Assembly: GCA_050013715.1 (NCBI GenBank) | Contig: JBEKES010000007.1 | Span: 1-29,360 of the forward strand | Source: Candidatus Micrarchaeaceae archaeon | GTDB lineage: Archaea; Micrarchaeota; Micrarchaeia; Micrarchaeales; Micrarchaeaceae | Direction of reading: 5' to 3' | DNA: 29,360 nt | Shown here: positions 8,176 to 16,933 of the stretch, one piece after another | Layout: every line of letters begins with the position of its first letter | Position numbering within the stretch: position 1 is the first letter of the stretch | Program-made: the position numbers and the translations under genes | Notes under the pieces: model-generated | Told to the model about the DNA's origin: nothing | The model's database searches: none | Seen by the model: the letters and a program-made list of their open reading frames with translations, nothing else

Positions 8176-9012
8176 ATGCGTGAATTAGATGAGCCATTGC
8201 CTTCTTTAGAAGAAGCTAGACGTGAAACTGAAAAACGACTAGAAATAGTTAAAAACCTAAAACCAAAAATCGAAACTTTTGCTGATGCAGCAATTCTTGC
8301 TGGATCAGTTGCTATGGGAAAGAATTTTTCCGTAAGGAAGAAATCCGATATAGATCTAATAATTTTAATCAAAAGAGAAAATATAGATTATCTGTTTGAA
8401 TCAAACATATTTCCAATGACTGAACAGAGAGCAGAAGCAAAGGATTTATTTAAAAGTGGAGAAATTGATCACTTTACTATCATTGAAATCATAAATGAGG
8501 TTGAAGTACAATTTCATATATGGGATAAGGAATCCCACTTTAGATCAGAATTACTAGAGTTACCAAATCCAAAGGTATACAATATATGGAAAAATAGAAA
8601 ATCTCATTTGTCAGGCTATGATTTTGCAGGTAAAGAAAGAACTTCTAAAATAAAAAATTTAGTAGAATACCAATATGGTGATGTTTACGATTATCCACCT
8701 TACTTTATCAGTGAAGGTAATTTTGTAACACGGCAGCCCATAAATAACGTAATTATGGATCCTACTTTACTTTTCACAAAAGATTCCAAATTATTAGCTA
8801 ACATAGATGAACTTTGGACTAAATTAGCTAAACGTTTATTAGAAGAATCCAATGGTAAAATAGATTTAAGCAAAAAAAGTCTTTTCTTGGCAATACCTGG
8901 TCGGTGGAATTTTTCAAAGGAATCAAAAATTAAATTTGAAAACAGACAAAGAGAAGAGCTAGTTAAACTTGGTATTCCAGAAAGTCAATTAAACATTATT
9001 CCTCAACTTTAA
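8176..9012 (+). CDS. Pol-beta superfamily nucleotidyltransferase-domain protein
   Basis: AILAGSVAMG...SDIDLIIL (hGS-x-DxD signature), third acidic position near EVQFHIW. Confidence 0.8.
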   Translation: MRELDEPLPSLEEARRETEKRLEIVKNLKPKIETFADAAILAGSVAMGKNFSVRKKSDIDLIILIKRENIDYLFESNIFPMTEQRAEAKDLFKSGEIDHFTIIEIINEVEVQFHIWDKESHFRSELLELPNPKVYNIWKNRKSHLSGYDFAGKERTSKIKNLVEYQYGDVYDYPPYFISEGNFVTRQPINNVIMDPTLLFTKDSKLLANIDELWTKLAKRLLEESNGKIDLSKKSLFLAIPGRWNFSKESKIKFENRQREELVKLGIPESQLNIIPQL

Positions 9013-9045
9013 TTTATGCTATTAGGGGTCGGACCTGCCGTATAT

Positions 9046-9127
9046 ACGCCGCCTCAGGGCGTACAAACTAAGCATTATCTTTCGACGTCAAACTAAGCAA
9101 AATAAGCCATTTTCGCCCGAAGCAGGC
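9046..9127 (+). repeat. Junction repeat copy B: conserved flank plus tRNA-Asn 3'-end core (9114-9126)
   Basis: Homologous to 5747-5826; core 13/13 identical to 9852-9864. Confidence 0.92.
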
Positions 9128-9191
9128 CGTATAATTTAATTATGAGGCCTTTTCGATATTGTTTAATATTGAATGATGTTGAATAATATTG

Positions 9192-9773
9192 ATGAAAAAT
9201 TCAAAGTTAATAAATGTTATTGTGATTCATGGCTGTCCTTCGGATGAAGAGAAGGCAGCTAATCCGAAAACGAGAACATACGATAAGCACTGGATACCTT
9301 GGATAAAGAAAGAGCTACAATCCAGAGGCATAAAAGTAGACACTCCGCTTATGCCAAAACCTTGGTATCCAGATTATAATAAATTCAAAAGTAAATTTGA
9401 GAAATACAAAGTTACAGAAAATACAATACTAATAGGACATAGTTGTGGCTGTGCATTTTTAGTTCGTTGGCTTGGAGATACAAAACAAAAAGTTGATAAG
9501 CTTATACTTGTAGCACCTTGGAAGATACCCGATAAGGATGATAAATACAGGAAGGCATTTTATACATATAATATTGACAAAGCAATAAAATCAAGAGTAA
9601 AAGAAATTATAATGTTCACAGCTGATAACGAAGAAGACGATGGTAAGAAAAGTTTAGGAATCTTCCATAAAGCTTTAGGTGGAAAGGTTATAGAAATTAA
9701 AGGAAGAGGACATTATACATTTGGAGACATGGGAACAGAAGAATTCCCAGAACTATTGAAAGCTATAGAATAA
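9192..9773 (+). CDS. RBBP9/YdeN-family alpha/beta hydrolase
   Basis: VIHG, HWIPWIK, LIGHSCG nucleophile elbow, LILVAP, GRGHY. Confidence 0.88.
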   Translation: MKNSKLINVIVIHGCPSDEEKAANPKTRTYDKHWIPWIKKELQSRGIKVDTPLMPKPWYPDYNKFKSKFEKYKVTENTILIGHSCGCAFLVRWLGDTKQKVDKLILVAPWKIPDKDDKYRKAFYTYNIDKAIKSRVKEIIMFTADNEEDDGKKSLGIFHKALGGKVIEIKGRGHYTFGDMGTEEFPELLKAIE

Positions 9774-9851
9774 GTAGACCTTGGAACTAACCCGAACTTC
9801 AGACGACAAAATAAGGATTAGTGTATGCTCTTCGACGACAAGTTTTATTTA

Positions 9852-9923
9852 CGCCCGAAGCAGGGATCGAACCTGCAACCTATTGGTTAACAGCCAATCG
9901 CTCTACCATTGAGCTATTCGGGC
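9852..9923 (-). tRNA. tRNA-Asn(GTT)
   Basis: Minus strand GCCCGAA/TTCGGGC-G acceptor, anticodon arm ATTGG-CT-GTT-AA-CCAAT, T-arm GCAGG-TTCGATC-CCTGC. Confidence 0.97.
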
Positions 9924-9986
9924 ATGTAGTTGTTTTGATAAGTATTATCTAATAAGTTTTGTTTTTGATTGAACTTTTCCAAAAGT

Positions 9987-10667
9987 TTAGAAGAATGGGA
10001 ATGGTTTTGAAAGATTTATTACTCGTACGTAAACCGCTGACTTGTTGAATGAATCTGAAGGCTCCACTGTGTCATTCATGTAATTGTAGCTTAATGATCC
10101 AAACACAGTTCTAATATCTGTTTTTGCATATGTAAATATCTTTGCTCCACTTTCATGGAATAATTCGAATGTTCCTAGTATATGAAAATTGCCGCTGAAG
10201 AATGCATACAACTTTGGAGGTGATTCATCCTCATGGAAATTGAGCATCGACCTTATCAATGTGCCTGAATCCTTTATCTCGATGCATTTGACCTTGTCAA
10301 CTTTCTTGAGTTCCTTTGCCTCCTTGTATGGATTGGTCATCAGCTCCATTATCGGAGCTCTCAATGACTTGAAGTTTCCCTGTTCTGTAATTATCTGATC
10401 CTTCATTTCATAATTACCCAACGATTCCGTCGGGTTGTACACAAAGAATTTTCCTATCTTGTCAACTGTCACATAATAAATAAGTCGAATGTCCCCTATT
10501 TTTTCCCCTGCTGACATAAGTTTGTATTTGCTTCCCTCTTTCACTGCTTTTATGTGACCTCCGGGATAATCGAAATTCTGTCCAGCGAAGTCGGACATTC
10601 CATTCAATTCTATGTAATAGGCAGTTAGCGCATTTTCTACTTTTGACTTTGACTTCGCTTTTCTCAT
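9987..10667 (-). CDS. Hypothetical protein
   Basis: 226-aa ORF, last gene of a closely spaced minus-strand run; AGTGA upstream. Confidence 0.7.
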   Translation of the reverse strand: MRKAKSKSKVENALTAYYIELNGMSDFAGQNFDYPGGHIKAVKEGSKYKLMSAGEKIGDIRLIYYVTVDKIGKFFVYNPTESLGNYEMKDQIITEQGNFKSLRAPIMELMTNPYKEAKELKKVDKVKCIEIKDSGTLIRSMLNFHEDESPPKLYAFFSGNFHILGTFELFHESGAKIFTYAKTDIRTVFGSLSYNYMNDTVEPSDSFNKSAVYVRVINLSKPFPFF

Positions 10668-10685
10668 TCATTATCACTTATATTA

Positions 10686-11555
10686 TTATACGTATTTTGC
10701 CAGCTCGCTTATTAGGTACATGACTGCATAGGCTGGTGCATATACTATAGGAAAAGTGAGAGCACCCTGGCCCAATGCCGCATAGTCGCTGGCTATTGTT
10801 GCCCTTGTGGTAAGCGTTATGTTGCTCTGCTTGTAGATCAATGGGCTTGCTATTGAACTTACGTAAACATTCAAATGGTAAACTCCTGGCTCGTTGTCAT
10901 ATATCTGATAGGGGAAGCTGCCCTGCGTATGGTGCAGTGCGATTACTGTTGTGCTGTAATTCCATGCTGGGAGTCCGTGCACTGTTATGTTGAATGGGGA
11001 ATCTGAAACTCCCGTATTGTTTATTGTTACATATACTGTTGCAGGCTGTCCCGGCCCTGCGCTTATGCTTGTTGGATTAACGTCAAGTTTGAAGACATCT
11101 GGAGTTACATTGACATAGGCAGTGAATTTTACTGATCCAAGCTTCGAATAATTGCCTATGTTCGTTGCCGTAAGGTTGAATCTATAGGTGCCGTTCTGCG
11201 CATTGGGCGCAACGGTTATTTTTATTGACGGATTAGTATTGTACAATGCGGAATTCTGCGTTATCCAATTGTTTGGCAAACTCGATGCTATGAGCTCGTC
11301 CCATCCTATACTGAAGAATGTTCCAGAGCTGTTCTGGGTTGCAGAGGAAATTGTCACATAGAATGTTTGTCCAGGTCCTACCTTTCCCAGATATACTGTT
11401 CCGTTGGATTGAATGTAAGATGCATTATAGGGTTCTGTTATATTGACGTAGGGCCTTGGTATTATTGCTGGCGCACCGATGGTGCTGCCTGCCATTGCTA
11501 TGCCCATTACTGCAAACGCAAGAACCATTATTATTAAAATGTGCTTTGATGACAT
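10686..11555 (-). CDS. Secreted/membrane-anchored protein with two Ig-like beta-sandwich segments
   Basis: N-terminal signal peptide, ITVAPNAQNGTY and VTINNTG patterns, many N-x-S/T sequons, hydrophobic C-terminus. Confidence 0.75.
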   Translation of the reverse strand: MSSKHILIIMVLAFAVMGIAMAGSTIGAPAIIPRPYVNITEPYNASYIQSNGTVYLGKVGPGQTFYVTISSATQNSSGTFFSIGWDELIASSLPNNWITQNSALYNTNPSIKITVAPNAQNGTYRFNLTATNIGNYSKLGSVKFTAYVNVTPDVFKLDVNPTSISAGPGQPATVYVTINNTGVSDSPFNITVHGLPAWNYSTTVIALHHTQGSFPYQIYDNEPGVYHLNVYVSSIASPLIYKQSNITLTTRATIASDYAALGQGALTFPIVYAPAYAVMYLISELAKYV

Positions 11556-11602
11556 GCTCTCAACTAATACTTTTAGCTAAACGAATATAAATCCTTTTGT
11601 TT

Positions 11603-12157
11603 TCATGAATATTTCGCTGTGAAGCTTATTACCTGCTGTACGCTGCTGTAGCTGCTGGGCAAATTGCTTATGGTGTAATTTATCCACACAAGTCCCGTAT
11701 AGGTATTGCCCAGATGCCCTGTAGCTATGCCGCTTGCGGTATAGCAGTTTATGCTGAATCTGGTAAGATTGCTCGGATATACGGTCAATGGGGTTTCAAG
11801 GTTCGAATTTGATGGGGGATAATACTGCGGAGTGCGAGAATATGGCAGCACCTGCACATTGCCGTATTCGGGTCCCTCAGAAATTGTGTTGGGCTCCGTT
11901 GAGCAGGAAGCTCCGTTTATCCTCATTGTGCCTCCGCTCGACTGTGCAAACACTATTGTTGCTATTCCGTTGGAATTTATCGTGTATTCCGAGCATAGGA
12001 ATGAGGTTATAGCGCTGCAGGAAATTGGCGCAAGCCTTGCATTGAATATTCCGAGCTGCAATACAACATACATTGCAATTGATATTATGAGTATTGCAAT
12101 TCCATAGGATATCAGCAAATCAATAGAAGCTTGAGCTTTCTTGATATTTAATCGCAT
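11603..12157 (-). CDS. Class III signal peptide (type IV pilin-like) protein
   Basis: KKA|QASIDLLISYGIAILII prepilin-type N-terminus; paired Cys in the globular domain. Confidence 0.82.
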   Translation of the reverse strand: MRLNIKKAQASIDLLISYGIAILIISIAMYVVLQLGIFNARLAPISCSAITSFLCSEYTINSNGIATIVFAQSSGGTMRINGASCSTEPNTISEGPEYGNVQVLPYSRTPQYYPPSNSNLETPLTVYPSNLTRFSINCYTASGIATGHLGNTYTGLVWINYTISNLPSSYSSVQQVISFTAKYS

Positions 12158-12167
12158 ATTAATTCAA

Positions 12168-13376
12168 CTATTTCTTCTCATCATCCTTTTCCTTGCTTAC
12201 CTGCAACTTAACATCGCTGCCGTTTCTTGTGATCCTTATGTCAAGGCTCTCGTTGCCTATCATTTTCCTTATCTCATCGTAGGTATAGGCTCCTATGTCG
12301 TTCTTAGAGGCGCCCTTGCTCTGCAGGATTTTGCTTCTCTGCTCCTTTATGCGCTCTTTCTTGATTTGCTCGTAAACAAGCGAAAGCCTTGGCACCTCTT
12401 TTGTCTCGAAGAGATGGTCTATGTCAAGAGCAATTGTCTTGTATCCGTTGTCCTGCAGTATGAATGGAATAACCGCATTGAATTCATTTTTCAAATGTTC
12501 CACTTCCATTCCTATGTCTTTCTTGGGACCTGCAATAAGAAACACTTCACTCTCAAGAAATCCGACAAATATGTTCTGCTCGCTGTTTTTTGTTACGTCT
12601 TGCAGCAATTGCGATATAAGCCTCAATATTACAAGCGCGGAATCTGCGCCGAACCTGTTGGCGTATTCGCCAAGGTTCCCCACTTTTATTGTTCCTATGG
12701 TGTATTCTTCGTTTTCTTTTATCGAATGCTCTATTTCCTTTGATAGTCCTTCCTCATCGGGAAGATCTATGAGTGGATCGAACCTCTTGCCCTTCTTTTT
12801 AAGGAATATGGTGACAAGGCTTCGCAGCTCGACAGGATCAAATGGTTTTTTGATATAATAATCGGCACCATACTTAATGCCCTTGAACCTGTTGCTTGTG
12901 GGGTCCATGGCGCTTATTAGTATTACAATTGTGCTGCTTATGCTCGGATCGCTCTTTATGGTTTGGCAGATGTCAAGTCCGTCCTTGTGCGGAAGCATTA
13001 GATCCAGTATCACAAGGTCAGGCTTGTTCTTTCTCACAAAGGAAATGGCCTCCCCTCCATCATATATTTGGTTTATCTCAAAGCCCCTTCCTATGGAAAG
13101 CGCCATAAGCTTGTTGATGTTCTTGTCATCTTCTACTACCAGCACTTTTCTCACTGAACCCTGCTCCTGAAGCGGATAGTAGGTAAGCACTCCCCCTCTG
13201 CTTCTCGAGGCAATTACCTTCATTTTTTCTAATTCGGAAAGCGCTTTCTTGAGCCTGTCCTTTTCTATGCCTCTGCTGAATGCCATGTCGCTGAGCTCGT
13301 TGAACGAGATCTGCTGGCGCTCGTTTATTACATCGAAAATATCGCTGATGCTTCCAGCATTAGTGTTCTCTCCCAT
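12168..13376 (-). CDS. Response regulator: N-terminal wHTH, receiver domain, C-terminal degenerate GGDEF-like domain
   Basis: REC motifs VLVVEDD, DLVILDLMLPHKDG, ISA, KKPF; downstream DPLIDLP...NRFG...FVGFLESEVFLI follows GGDEF-domain spacing; GGTGA upstream of ATG 13376. Confidence 0.88.
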   Translation of the reverse strand: MGENTNAGSISDIFDVINERQQISFNELSDMAFSRGIEKDRLKKALSELEKMKVIASRSRGGVLTYYPLQEQGSVRKVLVVEDDKNINKLMALSIGRGFEINQIYDGGEAISFVRKNKPDLVILDLMLPHKDGLDICQTIKSDPSISSTIVILISAMDPTSNRFKGIKYGADYYIKKPFDPVELRSLVTIFLKKKGKRFDPLIDLPDEEGLSKEIEHSIKENEEYTIGTIKVGNLGEYANRFGADSALVILRLISQLLQDVTKNSEQNIFVGFLESEVFLIAGPKKDIGMEVEHLKNEFNAVIPFILQDNGYKTIALDIDHLFETKEVPRLSLVYEQIKKERIKEQRSKILQSKGASKNDIGAYTYDEIRKMIGNESLDIRITRNGSDVKLQVSKEKDDEKK

Positions 13377-13516
13377 ATTGGTCACCTAATATATCATAAC
13401 AACAATAACAAATATTAGGCTTTTGATGCTTTGATGCTATTGCCGTTCGGAATTTTAGCATACATAACTGCATAGTGTATATATTAAAAAGCTTTATGTC
13501 TAATAATAATGATTGG

Positions 13517-14587
13517 ATGGCACTATTCAGCAACAAAAAGAAAAGCAAGCCGCATAAGCAGCATGCACAGGCAAGTGAAGAGAATCCTCAATATCAGGTA
13601 AAGAAGAAGCCAAACAACAAGCCCATCATTATAGGAATAATCATAGTTATAATAGCGCTCATAGCGGTTTATTTCCTGTTCGTAGTCAATGTCAACGAAT
13701 CTGTAATAAATTCCGCAACTACTGTTAATGTAACCCAATCAGGGAATCTATACAGCATAAACTCAAACCAGTATTATATTTCACTGTCGTCAATTTCGCT
13801 CACATCCGGGAAGGCATACATACATGTGAGCAAGTTCCCGATATTTGTGAATCCAATACTTAACGTGTCTTTGACGCTCAACAACATAACAAAAATCAAC
13901 GACGGCACAAATTATGCAAACATTGCCTTCCAATTGCAATCCCTAAGCCCCAGCAGCATATCAGTGAAAATAACACCAACTCCCACAAGCCTTCAGATAG
14001 CGCCTGACACGCAGGACATAAGGACCCTTAACGGCAATCTTTATTCTGGCAATCAGAATTCTTATACAACTACAATCCCATCAACCACTACAATACAGGG
14101 CAAATCAACCACAAGCACAGTTGGTTCATCCACAACTACCATAGCACAAAACACAACGCTTGCAAACATAACTGCAGCACTTAAAATAGACAGTTACTAT
14201 CCAATTATGCTGAATTTCAGCAAATTGTATGCAAATACAACGCAGTGCACTCCGGTAATGTACAACACATCCTATATCAAGTCCTTCGGACACGCACCAC
14301 ATGGCCAGGATACCTACTACAATGTGACTCCCTATGTGCCATATAAAATATACAACAATACAACAAGCCTAGGAAACGGCAAATATGAAGTGCTGTTCAA
14401 GGTTGAAACCACAGATCCTGGATTCAACAACACTGTTGCGCTTACAATAGCGATTAGCTCTTCAAACAGGAATATCATAAATGACACTCTTAGCGGAATC
14501 TTCGAGGACTTGACCCTCAGCGAATGGAAAAGCAGCTATCAAGGTGCATTGTCTGTAGGAAACGCCTGCGGAGTAGTAGTGCCTTAA
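13517..14587 (+). CDS. Membrane-anchored extracellular protein with Thr/Ser-rich linker
   Basis: Basic N-terminus, one TM helix (IIIGIIIVIIALIAVYFLF), TTTIPSTTTI...STTTI linker, many sequons; start 13517 preferred. Confidence 0.75.
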   Translation: MALFSNKKKSKPHKQHAQASEENPQYQVKKKPNNKPIIIGIIIVIIALIAVYFLFVVNVNESVINSATTVNVTQSGNLYSINSNQYYISLSSISLTSGKAYIHVSKFPIFVNPILNVSLTLNNITKINDGTNYANIAFQLQSLSPSSISVKITPTPTSLQIAPDTQDIRTLNGNLYSGNQNSYTTTIPSTTTIQGKSTTSTVGSSTTTIAQNTTLANITAALKIDSYYPIMLNFSKLYANTTQCTPVMYNTSYIKSFGHAPHGQDTYYNVTPYVPYKIYNNTTSLGNGKYEVLFKVETTDPGFNNTVALTIAISSSNRNIINDTLSGIFEDLTLSEWKSSYQGALSVGNACGVVVP

Positions 14588-16827
14588 TCTTTTTTCTTCG
14601 GGTTCGGTTTTATCTTAAGTGTAAAGCTGAACTTGCTTCCCTTGTTCAATTCTGATTCGCAGAATATGTTGCCTCCGTGAAGTTTTATTATTTCCTTTGT
14701 TATGGTGAGGCCAAGTCCTGTGCCGGCACCTTCCTGCTTTACCAGGCCCTTTTTCGGTGCTTCATAGAATTTCTTGAATAGCTTGTGAACATCTTCCTCG
14801 CTTATGCCTATTCCCGTATCGATCACATCGCACTGTATTTCTGTCTTGCCCTTTTTGGATATTTTTATTTTTATTTCCCCCTTGTCGGTGAACTTTATTG
14901 CATTGCCTATCAAATTTACAAATACCTGCACTAGCTTGTTCTGATCCGCGTTTATTTTGGGAACATCATAATCCACATTCCAGGAGAACCTGAGCCCTTC
15001 CTTGGTCGCAGCTTCCCTGAGGGACTGTATTGTTGAATTGTTGTATAGTTCCTTCATGTCCACTTCCCTCAATTCAAGAACCATTTTCTCGGATTCTAGC
15101 TTTGCTGCATCTAGCACCTGCTGTATTATGAACATGAACCTGTTTGCCTCTTCTATTATTGTGCCTATGTAATTCAATTGGTCCTGATTCAACGGTCCGA
15201 ATTCTCCACTATAAAGGAGCTTCGAGAACCCTATTATGTTAGTAAGCGGAGTTTTCAGCTCGTGGGAAATATTGTATATGAATTGCGATTTCAATTTTCC
15301 TGTGGAATTGAGCTTTGACACCCTGCCCTTTTCCTTGTCAAGATTCAATTTCAAATCGTTGATCAAATGCTTTGTCTCCAGTTCCTTTATCACTATTATG
15401 TAATCTGCAGATTCCGAATCTGTGAATAATCTTATGGAATGCGTCGCATCGATCCTCTGCCCCGACCTTGCAGCCAATGCAACATAGGAATTATCAATCT
15501 TGCCTCCATTTCTTACATAGGTTATGTCCCTGTCAAGAACTGCTTGGTCCTGCGTTAAATAAAGATCCTTGAGTTCTTTCCCAACAAGCTCGCTCCTTGA
15601 ATAGCCAAGCACGTTCTCCACTGGCATGTTGCATGCTTTTATGTAGCCGAGCGTGTCCATCGTTATTACAATATCTGAAGTGTTGTTTATAAAATCGTTG
15701 AATGCATTTCTTACGCTTTGCAGATAGCCTTCGGCTTCAGCTTTTGTGAACAGCATTGCATAGTTATTACCCAATTTCAAAAGAGTGAAGTTAAGCCTTG
15801 CTGGCAATCCGCTCTCGCTTGCGAAGTCTATGGATCCTTTTACCTTGTCCTTGCTCTGCAGCGAATCAAGCAGCTCCTTCAGTTCGCCCCGCTGTCTCTC
15901 AACTGCAAGCTCTATGAGTGTTTTTCCCAGTATCAAATTCTCGTTAAAGCCTATTGCGGATTTTATGCTTTTTGTTGCCTTAGTTACTATAAAATCATTG
16001 TCAAAATAGATCACTCCCGCGTTGGACGATTCATCCATTGATTCGATGACCTTGGACAATTGGTATAGTTCGGTTACATCTTGTAGGGAAACGCTCATCA
16101 ATCTGTCATTTATCTTAGTTGCATTTATTTTGAATAATCTGTTCTTCCTGTCCTTTTCTATTACAACTGTTGAGCCTGCATTGCTTTTTGATAAGTTATC
16201 GATTTTCGCAAAGTCAAGGCCTATCAATTCCGATATGGTGCTGTTGCTGTTGTTTATCGTGAATATTTCCTTCTTTGCCTTTTCGTTTACCTTTATTATC
16301 TTGCCATCGTGTGAGACTAGGATTTGTGCTATGTCGATGTTGAACGCTCCGTTGAAGTAGCTTGCAAGCTTCAGGTTCCTTTCATTCTCGTACTTGTAAA
16401 GAAGTGCAAGAGAAGTGAAGTACGCACCCAAAGATGCGCTGTTGATTAGCTCGTCGCTGAACTTGTTGTCGTTAGTGGAAAGCAGCTCGACTATCGATAC
16501 CACTTTGCCGCTCACTATTATGGGAACGATCGCACAGCTTCGGAACCCTCTGTTCTTGTAGCCTATGAGCTCAGGAAAAGAGGAGTATTCGCTCAACTGA
16601 TTGTCAACATATACCTTTTTCGTGTTTATTATGTATCCGTAAAGTTCATTGGGTTTTGAATCTTCGGAATAGGCGCTGTTTATTACTACCTTTTCAAGCC
16701 CGAATAAATTTCCTATCGTATTTGAAAATTGCCTCTCTATGTCGGAATCCACAAGGGTGTTGCTTGTTGCGGATACAAGGTCCCTGAGAAGCTTGCCTAT
16801 AATTAGGTCGTCCTGCATGTGAATCAT
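14584..16827 (-). CDS. Cytoplasmic sensor histidine kinase (GAF + PAS domains + HisKA + HATPase)
   Basis: H-box ISHELKTPL, N-box VNLIGNAIKFT, G1 DTGIGI, G2 GTGLGL; PAS motif LGYSRSELVGK; GAF-like RSCAIVPI; no TM segment. Confidence 0.95.
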   Translation of the reverse strand: MIHMQDDLIIGKLLRDLVSATSNTLVDSDIERQFSNTIGNLFGLEKVVINSAYSEDSKPNELYGYIINTKKVYVDNQLSEYSSFPELIGYKNRGFRSCAIVPIIVSGKVVSIVELLSTNDNKFSDELINSASLGAYFTSLALLYKYENERNLKLASYFNGAFNIDIAQILVSHDGKIIKVNEKAKKEIFTINNSNSTISELIGLDFAKIDNLSKSNAGSTVVIEKDRKNRLFKINATKINDRLMSVSLQDVTELYQLSKVIESMDESSNAGVIYFDNDFIVTKATKSIKSAIGFNENLILGKTLIELAVERQRGELKELLDSLQSKDKVKGSIDFASESGLPARLNFTLLKLGNNYAMLFTKAEAEGYLQSVRNAFNDFINNTSDIVITMDTLGYIKACNMPVENVLGYSRSELVGKELKDLYLTQDQAVLDRDITYVRNGGKIDNSYVALAARSGQRIDATHSIRLFTDSESADYIIVIKELETKHLINDLKLNLDKEKGRVSKLNSTGKLKSQFIYNISHELKTPLTNIIGFSKLLYSGEFGPLNQDQLNYIGTIIEEANRFMFIIQQVLDAAKLESEKMVLELREVDMKELYNNSTIQSLREAATKEGLRFSWNVDYDVPKINADQNKLVQVFVNLIGNAIKFTDKGEIKIKISKKGKTEIQCDVIDTGIGISEEDVHKLFKKFYEAPKKGLVKQEGAGTGLGLTITKEIIKLHGGNIFCESELNKGSKFSFTLKIKPNPKKKD

Positions 16828-16933
16828 CGAATCGACATCAGATTTGTCATGAAGTAAATCTATGTTGATTCAGTTATACATATAAACAAGGAAAATATTT
16901 AAAGCTAGGGCTAGAAGTTATACTGGGTTGGAT

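Larger units (their letters stand above)
5194..9864. mobile_element. Tandem array of small integrase-less units accreted at the 3' end of tRNA-Asn
   Basis: Copies of the tRNA-Asn 3' end at 5816, 6577, 7427 and 9114 plus the tRNA itself at 9852, all intergenic and co-oriented; AT-rich unrelated cargo genes between them; left boundary uncertain. Confidence 0.75.

Noticed and set aside
5194..9923. Classical integron or integrated provirus
   Set aside because: No IntI or other recombinase, no attC sites with RYYYAAC/GTTRRRY ends, and no viral or replication genes; the cargo genes have their own TATA-like elements.
11788..16360. Numerous antisense ORFs in the track (e.g. 12141..12743, 12421..12858, 15718..16041)
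   Set aside because: Shadow frames of well-supported genes on the other strand; the same applies to similar ORFs elsewhere in the window.
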